Below, piece by piece: positions 1 through 13,478 of a stretch of DNA of 64,000 nucleotides. A model generated the notes under the pieces. The model ran no database searches. It was not told the origin of the DNA and was given only the letters and a program-made list of their open reading frames with translations. The DNA is from the human T2T-CHM13v2.0 reference genome, Homo sapiens, in assembly GCF_009914755.1 (NCBI RefSeq), contig NC_060938.1. One strand, given 5' to 3'. The translations under genes were made by a program, and so were the position numbers. Position 1 is the first letter of the stretch; each line of letters starts with the position of its first letter.

Positions 1-57
1 TTGATGCCCTAATAGTAAGATACTCAAAATTGTGTTACACTTGTCTTCGTTGAAAAC
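1..57 (-). pseudogene. Candidate exon M of putative relic gene (runs off window edge)
   Basis: Minus-strand acceptor ctcaattttag|G; phase-0 frame open to the edge (VFNEDKCNTILSILLLGHQ), matching the phase-0 end of candidate exon L. Confidence 0.3.
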
Positions 58-744
58 CTAAAATTGAGGTTTATATTCAATTTAAAGTGGAAAGAAAACA
101 TGGAAACTGAGCACATCTCAGGGCTTCAGCTTTTTGTGTCATTGTAGATGAATGATAATTCATTGTATTTTGTTTTAGAAAATTGTAGCATAAAATCAAG
201 GTCCCTTTATCCAAATTCTTAGAGTTCTATTAGTAATTAAATATCTACCCCGTGACTATGTTATTAATTCAGCCTATAACACTGTAACGTAAAAGTGATT
301 GAAAAGCTGCTAAAATGTACTAGTTAATACAAAATGTAGCTCGGAAGAGAGAAATCTGAATTCCCTTGCAGACATTAGCTTCTTAAGTCTGAGTCACATT
401 AAATATGGATACATTCAAATCTCTATATTTAAATGTCTGAGTTTTATATTATTTAAATATTTTTCTTTGGCCTATTTCTGTAACTCATCTTCCTCTGACA
501 TAGGATGATTGGTCATGGGGAATAGATTCAGCTTGTCCATTTGGTACTCTGATGGTGGTCATCTACTGTATTGCCTCTTCCTAAGTCTCTTCACCAAGGA
601 ATTCCTGCTGTCCCATTCTCACTCCCTGCTTAGGCCCTTTGAGAATTTAGCCTCTTTGAGGACTGAGGAGAATGCTTATGGGTGGATGTGGTAGCCTTGG
701 TGTCAACAGAGAGTAATAGGCCATAAATAAAAAGCAATGATTTT

Positions 745-960
745 TTAAAGCTAGACAGATCTGGATTCAAGTCATGCCCTGTACCACTGTGCTATCTGGG
801 TAAACTTGGACAAATTATTCACGCATTCTTGCACTCTGTTTGTTTTAATGTTCAAAATGGAAATAATAATGCTGCTTTCACAAGATTTTTCTTAGGAAGA
901 TAAAATAGATATGAAGCCATAAGGTAAGAATTAGGTGTTTAGTACATTCCAGTTCCCTTC
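745..960 (+). mobile_element. MIR SINE
   Basis: Resembles MIR core (agacagatctggattcaag...ttggacaaattatt...aaaatggaaataataat). Confidence 0.7.
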
Positions 961-1015
961 CATGCCCTTTCTGCTGATATAAACCTAAAGGTACCAACCA
1001 TAGATGAACAGTGGT

Positions 1016-1386
1016 TGCTACAGACTGAATATTTGTATTCCTCCAAAATTTATGCATTGAAACCTAATGCCCAATGTGATGTTATATGGAGGTGGGACAT
1101 GTGGGAAGTGGTTAGGTTATGAGGGCTCCACTCTAATGAATGGGATTAGTGCCCATATAAAAGAGGCTCCAGGGAGTTCTCTTGCCCTACTCTGCCATGA
1201 GAGACTAAAGTGAAGAGACAGTCATCTATGAAGCAGAAAGTGGATTCTCACCAGAAACTGACCATGCTGGCACCCTGATCTTGGATTCCCCAGCTGACAG
1301 AATTGTGAGAAATATATTTCTGTTGTTTATAAGTCACCTACCTAGTCAATAGTGTTTTGCTGTAGCAGCCCAAATGGACTAAGACA
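1016..1386 (+). mobile_element. MLT1A0-like MaLR solo LTR
   Basis: TG...CA ends (tgctacagactgaat...ggactaagaca), internal aatgggattagtgccc-tataaaagaggc motif; 5-bp TSD gtggt/gcggt. Confidence 0.9.
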
Positions 1387-1681
1387 GCGGTTAAAAGTAA
1401 TTGCTCAGAAGTCTTCACATTACATGGGGCACTTGACTTTTACACTTAAAAGGAGTGCATTTATTTTTGTAAATCATACTTCAATAAAGCTGATTTCAAA
1501 AAGCGGGGTACTTGAAAGCAAGCTCAACTCAGAATGGCTCTAGATCTCTCCATCGACCTTCTTTTCTCTGTAAGGTATGCACATCATCTTTTTACAAGCA
1601 CTGTGATTTTCTCAGGCAAAGATTGGAGAGTGACTTGTCTACAAAGAATACAAAAGACCTTTTTTCAACTGCTTAGACTCA

Positions 1682-2421
1682 GAGTAGTCTCCCTTTATCC
1701 ACAGGAAATATGTTTCAAGACCCTCAGCAGGTACCTGGAACTATAAATAGTACCAAACCCAAGTGCTGTCAATTGAACACATTTCTGTTTGCCTTCTACC
1801 TTCAAATTTAATGTCTTTTCTATCTTAACTAAGCACTCATCTCACGCTGTGGCCATAACTTTTGTAGTTTGAGGTGTGATGGCAAAAGTAGCCAGCATTT
1901 CTCCTTCTAATTCCTCCTGAATTTATTTCTCCTCCTCTATAATTTCAGAGATAGAAAATTCGTTCTTACTGCAGACCTTAACAACCTCAGCATATGATTT
2001 TTTTCCTTATTAAATTGAGAACATTTACCTTTTCACTTAAAGCACTTTATAGCTTCTCTTTAGTGTATCCGAATTGCCAGCATCACTACTCTTACAGTTT
2101 GGGGCCATCATCAGGTAAAATAAGGGTTACTTTTGTACAAGCATCGCACTGTAGCAATTGATCTAACAACCAGGCTCCTTAGTGACTAATAGGCAAGTAG
2201 CATCTACGGTGTGGATATGCTAGGCAAAGGGATGAATCATGTCCCAGGTGGGACAGAGAGGGATGGCACAAGATTTCATCATGCTACTAAAAATGGCGTG
2301 TAATTTAGAACTTATGAATTGCTTATTTCTGTGATTTCCCATCTAATATTTTCAGACTGTGGTTGACCAAAGGTAACTAAAACCAAAGAAAACAAAACCT
2401 TGAATTAAGGGAGAATTACTG
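1682..2421 (-). mobile_element. MER44 (C/D-like) Tigger-family non-autonomous DNA transposon
   Basis: Degenerate TIRs gagtagtctccctttatcc ... ttaagggagaattactg; about 740 bp; ends resemble MER44 consensus. Confidence 0.85.
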
Positions 2422-2985
2422 CATCTTATGACTATATATACATACAAACTTTGATTTTTAAAGTTAAAGGTTAGTATGCTTTGAAGACGTCTTAGGTTGA
2501 TCACGGGATCCTAGCTATTCCTTCCTCACTACTCCGCAGTCAGCACAGGGGTAGCCTAGAATGAATAAGGTGGTTAGGTCAATATGTTTTGCTAGTTGGT
2601 CACCATCCTGGGAAAGATATAATACTTTGATGCAGCTGAAGCAGATGGATACCTATTTCAAATGGTATGTATGCTATATAAACACACGATTCTCTCATGA
2701 AGAACAATTCAATAATATCAGCCAACAAAATGCACACACTTTGTGTAAACCACACTATATTTTTCAGTTTGATGATGATCTCATTTATATTTTCATATAC
2801 GTCATGGGAAATAGTGCTCACTCCTTGTCATTATACTCAATCTGTTTACTGGCTATGGGATCTCTCTCTTCTTTTTTCTTAAGTGTGTGTGTACATCTAT
2901 TTACCTTTCCATTGAGGTGAAAATCTCTTTCTAGCACTGTTACAAATTTTACAATATGAGCTGCTTTATGCTTGTCTCTACTTAC

Positions 2986-3118
2986 CAAGATATGCTGGAT
3001 TTCAATGGCTGAAGGGTTTATTTTCCCTTTGAAATTGTAAGCCAGAGGAATTATTTTATACCAACAAATTTTCATTTTATTTTTCTTGCCTAGAGGTATT
3101 CTATGATTTATTCTTCTT
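2986..3118 (-). pseudogene. Candidate exon L of putative relic gene
   Basis: Donor TTG|gtaagt; acceptor aaccag|A; open phase 2-0 frame RRINHRIPLGKKNKMKICWYKIIPLAYNFKGKINPSAIEIQHIL (inside ORF 2818..3234). Confidence 0.4.
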
Positions 3119-3514
3119 CTGGTTATATATTTAAAGATACAATAGATAAAACACACTCCAATCCATTTTCTCTCTCTCCTTTCTTTTTCTTTAAAGCAGC
3201 TTTTATTTATTTTTATATTACTAACCCAGGGCAAACTCGTTTGTGCTTTCAGTTCCCCAACCTTGAATAATCAGTATCTTAAACATTCCTCTGATAAAAT
3301 AAGGTCTAGATTTCCAATAACTCTGTAAATATTTGTGTCCTATATGTTGAATCATTCGTCAACTAAAATCATTCAAGTCAACACTGAAATCAGTTCATTT
3401 GGGGTTGATGAGGGAATAGTCGATCTTTGATGATAAAAGCAGTTACTGAGATCTCAGTGTGGGCCATTTTCTGTTCCCTGCAGTGAAAAGTTATTTGATT
3501 CTACGAGTCAGGTG

Positions 3515-3845
3515 CCCTGGATGGCATTTTTCTCCCATTTCTGCCTGGCCTAATTCCACCATTCAAGATAAAGCTCAGATATTATCTCCATAAAACCTCC
3601 TCAGTATGTCTGGAACTTCTTTTCTGCTGATTTCCCCATACTTCTTGGTTTATTTATCCCTTATGGCACCTATCCTGATTGAAATTATAATAGTTGCTTA
3701 TAAACATGTTCCATCTCCCCCACTAGATTATTAAACTTGTTTAGCAATATAACAACTATCTCTAATCTACCATCTGTTGCCTCAAAGTATTCAATATATT
3801 GCCTTCCACGTATTGGTCACTCAGTACATGTTTATTGAATGGGTA
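3515..3845 (+). mobile_element. L2 LINE 3' fragment
   Basis: cccactagatt... and ...cagtacatgtttattgaatg tail typical of an L2 3' end. Confidence 0.6.
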
Positions 3846-4609
3846 AGTGGATACCAAAGCATTTTAGGTAGAGCTTTTCTAATGAGGTGATATTTGTGTT
3901 TTAAGAAAAAAATCTGATGTCTCAAACTACCTTTGTAATAATTATTCAAATGCTTATTATCAAATTGTCCAGATAAGTGTAACTCACATAAATTCCAGAG
4001 CTCTTGTGGGTCAGCATGTTCCATTGAAAGAAATATGTCTGAATCTGAAAGCTGTGAAGAATATCATAAAATTTTACTATATCCTGAAGTGTGTCACAGG
4101 AGTTTTACACAATACATCACGTAAGAAGACTTCCTAAAAATATTCTATCTTTCTCCAAGATTTCTCATCCATGGTTTCAACTAAGAATATTTTATTCTCT
4201 CCAGTGAAATTTTTTACAATTAGGATTGCAAAACTACATACATTCAGGTAGATCTGTGCACATCATTATCTATTTGGAAAACTGTCTGTAGAATTGTGCC
4301 GTGTACCATCCATCCAGCCATACGCAGCAGCCCACAGTCATGCTGTTCTCCATTCATTTATACATTCTCTACATCATGTTACTTGCACACAAAAGTCCTT
4401 ACACATGGCTCTAAGCCATTTTTAACCCCCTGGAAAGTGTAATTCCTTGACCTGGCACCCTTTCTCTTAAGAATTGATGTCCCTTGCAATTCTGATGAAT
4501 ACGAGTCTCTACCTAATTAGACAAAAATCAATTGCGATCAATACTCAAGAAATGAACCCCCTACACAACACTCTAAATTTGCTTTCTGATCCCTAGCAGG
4601 AACAACTGT

Positions 4610-5000
4610 CTATTCATTCATATACTCAATACTTTAGAACATACTGGGTACAAGGAATCATACTATATGCTGGAAATAAAATAATCAGTGATGCTGTCCT
4701 TGATTTTAAGGAATTTAAAACCCAAGTATGGAAGCCAAACAAGTAAATTGACAATCATAAAAGTACTATAAGAAGCATAAGTAAGGACTGCTATAGAAAT
4801 ACACAAGTGAACTTTTCAAGGCATGCATGAAAGAGAAAACATTCTATAGAAGTTTCATTCATTTATTTAATAAGTTAATATTCAGCCGGATCTGGTACTA
4901 GGTGCCATGTTAACAAGTCTGTATTTTATCCAGAAGGAAATGTGGAACTATTAATCACTGTTAAGCTTGCATGTGGCATAATCAGTTTGGTATTCAAGAA
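4610..5000 (-). mobile_element. L2 LINE fragments
   Basis: tattcattca/ttcattcattt tail motifs followed by L2-like sequence. Confidence 0.5.
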
Positions 5001-5479
5001 AATTCTGAATTACTCCACAGGTAAAGTTTTATTGGGATAACAAAGGGAAAGAAAAGGAGTAAAAAGTTATTAGAGGTTACTGATCATAAGGAATAGGATG
5101 AACAAGGAAAGAAAATTCAGTGACTGAAAAGCAAATAAATAGGAACATACCAAAAATTCAGGACTGGCTAAAGAACTTGTATAGTGTAAATAACAGAGTG
5201 AGAAAAATCGAGAGATCATGATTCAGAAATGTTTTAGGATTTTTAGATGTAGAGGAATTTTAGGGGACAGTAGATCTAGGGTGTACCCAAAAGGGAAGAC
5301 AGCTGAAATGTTAGATAGTTGAGATGAAGACCAGTGGAATTGAGGAGGCCATAAACTTGGATGGGTACTCCCCTTGGAAGCTGAGTTTAGCCACTTCGAT
5401 GTTTGGACTCAAAGTAAAGTATAAAAAAGACAGTAGTCTTATGAGTTTATCATAGTGGATAAGACACTATTTCAGGAGG

Positions 5480-5640
5480 CAGATTGCAGCATACTAATTG
5501 TATGCTCTTCGGCAAGTTACTTATCTCTTAGATTTTCCTCTGGGAAATGGGAATAATAATGGCATGTATCTCAAAGATTGGAGGTTCTTAGAATGATCTC
5601 TGGCATGGAGTAAGCTCTAAAAATGTTAGCTATTATTTTA
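5480..5640 (+). mobile_element. MIR SINE fragment
   Basis: ggcaagttactt...gaaatgggaataataat...aaatgttagctattatt. Confidence 0.65.
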
Positions 5641-7114
5641 ATTTATATTGTAATGATATCATTAAAAAGTTTTAAATTTCTTAAGTTTCTGTTGCTTGAG
5701 CAAAAATAAATGAGAAACCACAGAAACATGTCTCAGTTCCTGCTGTTAGAATGATGGTGAGAACTATAGGATATCTTATAAACTGATTGCAAAAGTATGC
5801 CTTGGAGTAACAAATAATGGCTTAAATTTAGTTTTATGAAAAGCTTTTAATTTAGGTTTGCAGTAACATATGTTATATTTTAATTAAGCATGAGTACTGG
5901 TTTATTCTTCTGGTACAGGAGTGTCACAATTAACTTTCTCAAAGTCTCCTTTGATTCAATTTTTAATGTCAGTAACATAATTAACTACTCTCTTTGGCTT
6001 TGGGTTATCATCATGCAATGAGAAACTAGAGCATGAGTCAGTAAAAGGAAGGGTTGATGAGTTCACAACTGGCTAGCTTTTGTCAGGTTTATATCTTTAA
6101 CTCCACATCAGCTAGCTTCAGTGTCTTTGGCCCAATATAATCTAATAGGAAAGATTAGCTAAAAGTAAAAAATATCTTCTGCAATTCCAAAATAATTGAA
6201 ATTACATAGATTGATAATACTATCCTGTCCACAAACTGATTCAAAGGTTCTATTCATCTGACTTACATTGAATCAAATTTATCTAATACTCCAGACTTCT
6301 TACCGTAACTAAATTCGAAGTCTGAGTGCTTAGTAATCTCAGTTATCTATTTATTTTAAAAAGTAGGAATACTATAGCTGGTAAAATAGAATTACTGTCT
6401 ATTCTTTGGAACATTATAGTTTAAACAACTTGGTGGTCTTTGTATTCTCAGATATAACTAAAAGGCTATTCAAGTGATTACATAAATTTTATTGTGAAGA
6501 AATACTCTTGGGACGATATAAAGGATCCCCATCGAGTTGTCCTCTAAGATACTCTATAATTAGACCAGTTTCTTACTAATAGTATACATTTTGAAGTTCA
6601 TATCTGAAGTTATTTTTATGACTTGGAATAGGGGAGCAACTATGAAGTGGCACAAATCTAATGTTGTATGAGCATTTATTGGTTGAATTCTAGGCCATCC
6701 CCAACTTTTATACAAAATACATTTTAAACATTCCATTCTATTGTTGGAATGTGAGAAAGTAAACTTGTGTGTTTGTGGGAGAAGGAGACATATAATGGGA
6801 TGAGGGGGACTGGTTGAGAATGTTCCATATCTGAATTAAAAAAACCCTAATTTTACCTGTGTGTTCAGATACAATTATCAAGGATATACTTCCAGTACTG
6901 CATATATGTTCTCTTGATTTTGTTACCCGTTTTAAATTGTGTCTTCACAATTTAAAACTGAAATTTTTAATTTCACAATCAAAACTGAAATTTTGATAAG
7001 CACACCACCAGTGACAATCGCATCTGTAAGAACTAATTGTTTTATATTTTGCAGCAACATTTTCCTTAGGAAAGAGTGGTACTCAATAAGGAGAAGTGAT
7101 GTAGGTCAGAAAGC

Positions 7115-7340
7115 TTGGGCAGCATGGTACACTGGTTAAAAGCATCGACTCCACAGTCAAACTGCCTTAGTCCAAATTGTTACTTAATAAAGTTAAATTA
7201 AGCTTTTTGGAAAGCTGCTTTATTTCTATATTCTGGTTTCTCATGTAAACCTCATAGGGTCTTTGCAACTGTTGACTGAAATAAAACATGTAAATTGATT
7301 AAAATCATGACGGGCACAAAGTAAGTGTTCAATTAACAAT
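7115..7340 (+). mobile_element. MIR SINE
   Basis: ggcagcatggt...ggttaaaagcat...cacaaagtaagtgttcaatta. Confidence 0.65.
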
Positions 7341-9934
7341 AAAAACAATTCATCTGGGCCAGAAACTATACTGTGCAGTTTACATATTACAATTCAGTTA
7401 ATTTTCATATGCAGAGTGAAGAATCTCAAGCACAGAGAGGTCCAGTAGCTTATAGCAATGGAATTTCCATCTCAGCAGATGACTGTTGAATTCAGTGTTA
7501 ATTGATTTACAATACTGACTCTTAAATAATGTTAATTGCCATTATTCCAATTTTTGGATGTCTATTTTTGAAAAAAAAGTTTCTAAGTTCTGGGTCTTCT
7601 GTGTAGGTTCAGTACATTTTGGGGGTCTGGATAACTTAGGATGGCATCTTCATCACTGAGTCTTTTCTTTTACCTTTAACTCATTGACTTCCTTCTGTTT
7701 GGTATAAACATTCATCACAGATGCTATAAAAATTCAAATCCAGTACTAACTACCCAATGAGACAGTAGGCCCCTTGATTGATAGCAGGAAACACAGGAAT
7801 CACTAGTGCCATGCTGAGGACACATGACGGGGTCTACAGCATTTTCAGATAGATGCTTATGTAACTAATGACTTCAGTTTATTTTAAATACATATGTAGG
7901 AGGGTTGAAGCCTCCTATGAGTACAGAAAGGTTATCCCAACGCATTATTTAATATATCTTCTGATGAGGCTCGTAGAGATTCTAGATTTTCCTAATTATT
8001 GCTCTGGTTAAGCAATAAATAACAAATTGATCATTATGTAATGGCATAAATATGAATCCATTAAAATACTGTGCCAACTCTGGCTCTTATTCTTCCATCT
8101 AGCTGCCAAAGGAACCCAGAAAGTAGATACTCCAGGAATTCTGACAATGCAAATTATTCAGGTTTCCCAGCATGTCCTGCGGGCACAATGAGGCCATACC
8201 AGCTCAGGCTGTGCACTCTGATCCACACTTACTAAACTTTCTGTAATTTCCATAAAAGTCAGTTATGCATGAAGAACAATTCAGCCAAAATTGGATACTT
8301 TTACTGACACAGCACTTCTTGGATGACAAAACCAGAGACTTTGTAGGGTCTTAGACCTGGCATTAGGTATCATAGAACTTTCTCTTATTTATTGATGATG
8401 GAATAGATCATGTGTGCAGAAAAATCTGAATGAAATAATACTTGAGGCATTTTAGATCATTTCTATGTGTAATGCCATCTTAAGAATGTACATAGGATTG
8501 AGGTTTCAGGTCTTTCTAAGTGGAGTTTTCTTGTTTATTGATTCGTCAAATATTCTAAAATTGTACCAAGGAATGATAATTCATATTTCTATTTTCACAA
8601 GTATTATATTTAACAACATGGTTTTAATAGAAAAGAGATCATTAGGAGGTTGGCTTGTGTGCCTTATTGCAGCTTAGTTACTCCCACCTGTAAAGAAATA
8701 CACCTCTACATGTTGCATAGTACAATCAGAAGTACATGCAGAATGAAAGCCACAGGGCCAGAAAGAGGCCAACCATCTGAGAGCATATTATAAAGTGACC
8801 TATGGCCCTGCTAAGGCTTTAGGGTCAGAGATGAGTAATACTGGCTTCAGAAGACAGATGACCAACAGATAGAAAACTCAAGCACTGTAGCACACATTTT
8901 ATCCAAAATAAAAAATAATAATATGAGCTTAGGATTGACTGAAAGACCTTTTTTCTCTGGCATAATTTGGAGGTTTATGGGTCAATGAAGAGTTCACAGG
9001 GCTGGTATCACTAGCCCATGAGTTCCCAAATCATTGCCTTTTCTTCTCAGTACTCCAGGTACTTTCTAAACACAGCATTACTCTAACCAAGTTTACAATG
9101 CACAAGACTGGATAATATATTACAACGCATAATGTTTTAAACATTAAATAATATTCTACTTTGTATTGAAGAGTTAAGCATTTTTTTTCCTAACTAGGTC
9201 ATAAACTTTTTTGAGGGTATAGTATATTGACATGAGTGTGTGTGTGCTCCAGAGAACCTAACATATGAGTTTCATAGCAGTTTTTTAAAGAATGTTCATT
9301 GAATTAAAGTACACAAAGGTCATTGAAGGATTAATGTCATTGGTCAGTTGCAAAGAAATAATACTGATGCTAGAAATAGCATAACTATGAATACAATAGA
9401 GACTCTAAAAAGAAACCATAACATGTATTTAAAAATTATTTGGTCTAGGTTAAAAACATTTGGCTAAACAGCTGGGCTATTTACTACGAATAAGAGTCAC
9501 AATACTAAACAGTGATTAATACTACCAGCAATTCTGAGCTATTGTGTGGATCTGTTTTATTCCTCCAAGGGTCACTTTTATGGCAAACGAAATGAGGCAG
9601 TAACAGACAACACAAATGTTATACTTATTTAAGCATTCGGAAAAATAATGCAGACTAGCACTGTTGCTCTTACTTATAATATTAAACTCTAATGAATTAT
9701 TGGTAAACCTAATACTGATATAAAGTTCCCATTTATTATACCATGATTTCTATTGGGAAGAACATAATATACTCAAATCTGTCAGTGTTACAATGAAGAA
9801 TCATATTTGGTCAGATTCCAACAGAACATGAAATATTGCTAACATTTTCCTTGCTATTAATACTTGTGCACCCTGAAGTGGGCCAAAGATTGAAATTGAA
9901 TCAAGGAAGATGTAGAACATGTGAAAACACCTAC

Positions 9935-9966
9935 CTTAGTGGAATATTAAGTTCTGTAGCTCTCTC
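9935..9966 (-). pseudogene. Candidate exon K (32 nt) of putative relic gene
   Basis: ttttttacctacattag|GAGAGA...CTAAG|gtaggt; phase 0-2, ERATELNIPL. Confidence 0.5.
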
Positions 9967-10160
9967 CTAATGTAGGTAAAAAATTGTAATATGAATATAA
10001 GAATAGTGGAAGTTATTTTATAATTCCTGTGATTTGTGATTGTCGGTTTACAGTTTTCTAGTGCTCAAAGTAAAACACAGCAAAAAGTAATTTTGACATG
10101 CTGCAGCAGAGTTGCATAGTCGTATACTGGTGCGGCTCCATGGGTTTATAGCATCCACAT

Positions 10161-10178
10161 CATGGAAACCATAGCAAC
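10161..10178. promoter_or_regulatory. RFX X-box-like motif
   Basis: catggaaaccatagcaac: two adjacent X-box half-sites (consensus GTTRCCATRGYAAC); motif match only. Confidence 0.3.
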
Positions 10179-10378
10179 AGCAACGACCTCCTCTGTAGCA
10201 CTGAAAATGCAAGTCTCTAGTGTCATAGCTTCATTCTAACCACTGTAAGAGAGAACTTAATAAACACATAAATCATTTAGCCTGTAGACTGAAAATTGTT
10301 AATGTCCTGTTTTTGACTTCCTTCAGTGTTTGTTTGAGACTTGTCAGATTTAGACTCTGTTGGGTCCCATTCCAATAC

Positions 10379-10421
10379 CTTTTCAAGTTCCTCCCATCCG
10401 TCTGGGTCTTCCATCCAGGCT
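10379..10421 (-). pseudogene. Candidate exon J (43 nt) of putative relic gene
   Basis: cttctgccactctgattag|AGCC...AAAG|gtattg; phase 2-0, AWMEDPDGWEELEK. Confidence 0.5.
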
Positions 10422-10513
10422 CTAATCAGAGTGGCAGAAGTTGGCAATGTTGTTCATGTGTGAGGTCGTTTTTAGCATCATTATCATCATCATTATTTGT
10501 ATCCTTTCGTTAC

Positions 10514-10551
10514 CTATTGGGCTTAAAAATGTCTCTGAGTCTTCATATTGG
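10514..10551 (-). pseudogene. Candidate exon I (38 nt) of putative relic gene
   Basis: ttctctcttgattacag|CCAA...ATAG|gtaacg; phase 0-2, PI*RLRDIFKPN with TGA (possible CGA decay). Confidence 0.5.
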
Positions 10552-11612
10552 CTGTAATCAAGAGAGAATGGTTTCAAGATAGATGAGAAGAGAGTAGTTA
10601 AACAAAAGATTACAGTTGAAAAGGCTCCAAAGTTTAAATTCACCATGTATAGCCAAATGCACAGAGTTTCATGAATCCTTGGTATGGGTTAATTTCTTGA
10701 TTCAAGATGGAATATCTCAGGATCTTTATTGGAGTAAGTTGGCTCACTCCCAAATTTATGGGACTGTAAAGTAGTATAATTTTTTTAAAAATAGCATGTT
10801 TTTAATATTGTTCTCAGTGTCTTGAAATTTCATCTTTTACAGTTCTCCCTGATCTCTCCTTCTCATTCAACTAATCACACATTCACCCTTCAAGATTTAT
10901 CAGGTGCTATCTCCTCCATATATTCTTGACTCCATCTCTTCCCCTACTTTCTCCTATTCCATGCTTTCACTCATCATAACCTTTATAGGTATGTAATTAA
11001 CCTATTAATCTTTCTTTCAATTAAGCTGAAAGCTCCTTCGGGGCAATAATCTTGTTTGCTTCTTCTTTTAAGCCCCTAACAAGCACTAACCTTGACATGT
11101 AAAATATGCTTAATACATGTTCGTTAAATTGGATGAAAATCAGTGGAACCATTCTAAACTAGTAAGAGCTTTGGAATTGTAAATTGTTAGAAATGCATCT
11201 GGAACTGTGGTTCCCAAATACTTGTTCACAATCTAGTGCTGGATTGATAAGAAATACTTGAAGATTTTTAGAAACATTTGATTTATGGACCCCATCTTCA
11301 GATATTCTAATATAGAATATTGGAAAGGTATGTTGCATTGTGTGATTTTTGAAAAATATCCAGTTTTTAGTCCCTTTGAAATGATATTGGTAAAACAGAT
11401 GTTCTGAAGTTTCCCTCATTCATAATATCCTGAACATACTACATTCAAACTCAAAATCAAATAGGTATATTTAGCTGAAGGTAAGTTTCATGGGAAGTTG
11501 GCTAGTGGGAGCTATTTTGGAAAAGCATCTCTTAAACTTCCTTCTTCTCCCCCAAAGTAGTTCAGAACAGGAGGAACTAGAGCAAAGATGGTTGTTATCA
11601 ATAGAGACTCAC

Positions 11613-11650
11613 CTCTTCCCCCGAATATTTTCATTGTTAAATGTTCATAT
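11613..11650 (-). pseudogene. Candidate exon H (38 nt) of putative relic gene
   Basis: ttacaacag|ATAT...AGAG|gtgagt; YEHLTMKIFG then a G5 run; removing one G gives ...FGEE in phase with exon I. Confidence 0.45.
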
Positions 11651-12269
11651 CTGTTGTAACTGTCAGATTTTTATTTTAAAAATTCCTAAATCAAATGGGA
11701 TATTCAAAAACAATGTTTAAATATGTGTTTTTTAAATTTTACTTTATCCAGTGAAAAGATTTTGTTTTTTCTCTAGATTTTGTTTTTTGTTTTTGCTCTA
11801 GATTTTGTTTTATCAATCCAAAAATATCTGTATTTTTCCTTCATTATTTACGAGTACTCTCGCAGGGTAGAGAATTCTAGCTTATCAATTACTTTCTATC
11901 AGCTTAAAGATATGTCTTAATTGTCTCCTAGCTTCAAATGGTAGTAGAGAGAAGTCAGCTGTTTGTCATTTTTTCTTAGGGCAACTTATCTTTTGTTCCA
12001 CTACTTTTAAGACTCCTAATTGTCTTGGGTTTTATCAAGTTTATTATGTCTTTGTGTATTTTTAAAACACACACAAACACATCATATATTTAAATATATC
12101 CTCCTTGAATCTGTGAATTGGTGAATTATTTAGTTATTAGAAATCCCTAGCCATTTTCTCTTCAAATATTGCTTCTGCATTCTCTCTCATCCTCTGGGAC
12201 TCCATTTCAATGCCTTTTAGATTTTCTAACTGTAACAGGAATGTCAGTTTCCCTCCTGTATTTTTTATC

Positions 12270-12572
12270 TTTTTTTTTTTTTTTTTTTGTCTGAGACAAG
12301 AGTCTCGCTCTGTCACCCAGGCTGGAGTGCAGTGGCCATCTCCGCTCACTGCAAGCTCCGCCTCCCGGGTTCACGCCATTCTCCTGCCTCAGCCTCCTGA
12401 GTAGCTGAGACTACTGGCGCCCGCCACTACGCCCGGCTAATTTTTTGTATTTTTAGTAGAGACAGGGTTTTACCGTGTTAGCCAGGATGGTCTCAATCTC
12501 CTGACGTCGTTATCCGCCCGGCTCGGCGTCCCAAAGTGCTGGGATTACAAGCGTGAGCCACCGTGCCCGGCC
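12270..12572 (-). mobile_element. AluY
   Basis: Full dimer with AluY-type positions (gcaagctccgcc, ttagccaggatggtctc), many CpGs, poly-T, TSD tttttatcttt. Confidence 0.95.
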
Positions 12573-13478
12573 TTTTTATCTTTTTTTCTAATATTTAATT
12601 TTGTGTAGTTTCTTTTTACCTTTTAGTTCACAAATTTATCTGCATCTTGTCACATCTCTTGTTAAATACTCAATCAGTTGTTCTTAATTTCAGTTATTTC
12701 TACAATTTCTTTTTTGATGCTTTAATGTTATTTGTCATAATTTTCAGTTCCTTTGCTAATTTTTTTCAAGTTTGATTATTATCTTTGAAATAGAGATCGT
12801 TATTGTTAGCCTGTGTCTGAAAATTCCATTATCTGGAGTGCCTTTGCATCTCCTTCTCTAGTTTCTGGCTAATTTTGTTTAATCATCATGTATAATTTGT
12901 AATGTATTCTGGGTATATTGTTAGAAAAATATTTTTAGAAATAATTTCAAATCTGGGAATAGTGTTAGCTTCTTCAAGGGAGAATTTTGCCCTTTGTTAT
13001 AAGACATATGAGGGCAGTAGCAGGCTGAGAACCAAGGGCTGAGGGTTTTATGGTTTAACTAGAATACTAGCCAGAGCATAGACTGTACCATCATTTCAGA
13101 AAATAGTTCTCCAGGGTACCAGTTCAGAGCATGACTGTTATACTGGTGTCTTTGTCTTTGGTAGGCACCAAACTACAGACCTCATTCTTTCTGCCCCATA
13201 GAGCAATTAAGACTCTCAATGACTTTCAAAAAGTTAGAAAATGGTCTCAGGGCAAAAGTATCAATGTTTCGGGTACACAGGAAGTAGAGGCTCAGGACTG
13301 AGACACATGCATTGTATACCTCTGGTCCTTAGCCAGGACTTATATTTGAGTGTGTGCCCCTGAGGCAAAAACAATTCTGGCTCACCTCTGAGCAATAGTC
13401 CTTTTTCTGTTCTCATCCTGATAATTTGTGAGTCTCCTGTAAGGTCTCTGAACTTTTTAAAAGGTGCTTTTGTCAAGC

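Noticed and set aside
2561-2920. 119-aa plus-strand ORF as a single-exon gene
   Set aside because: No recognisable domain, low-complexity hydrophobic tail and no promoter evidence.
10422-10646. 74-aa minus ORF (QYEDSETFLSPIG..MMMIMM) as a CDS
   Set aside because: The Met run comes from a (GAT)n-like intronic repeat, and this frame hits a stop in the downstream candidate exon K.
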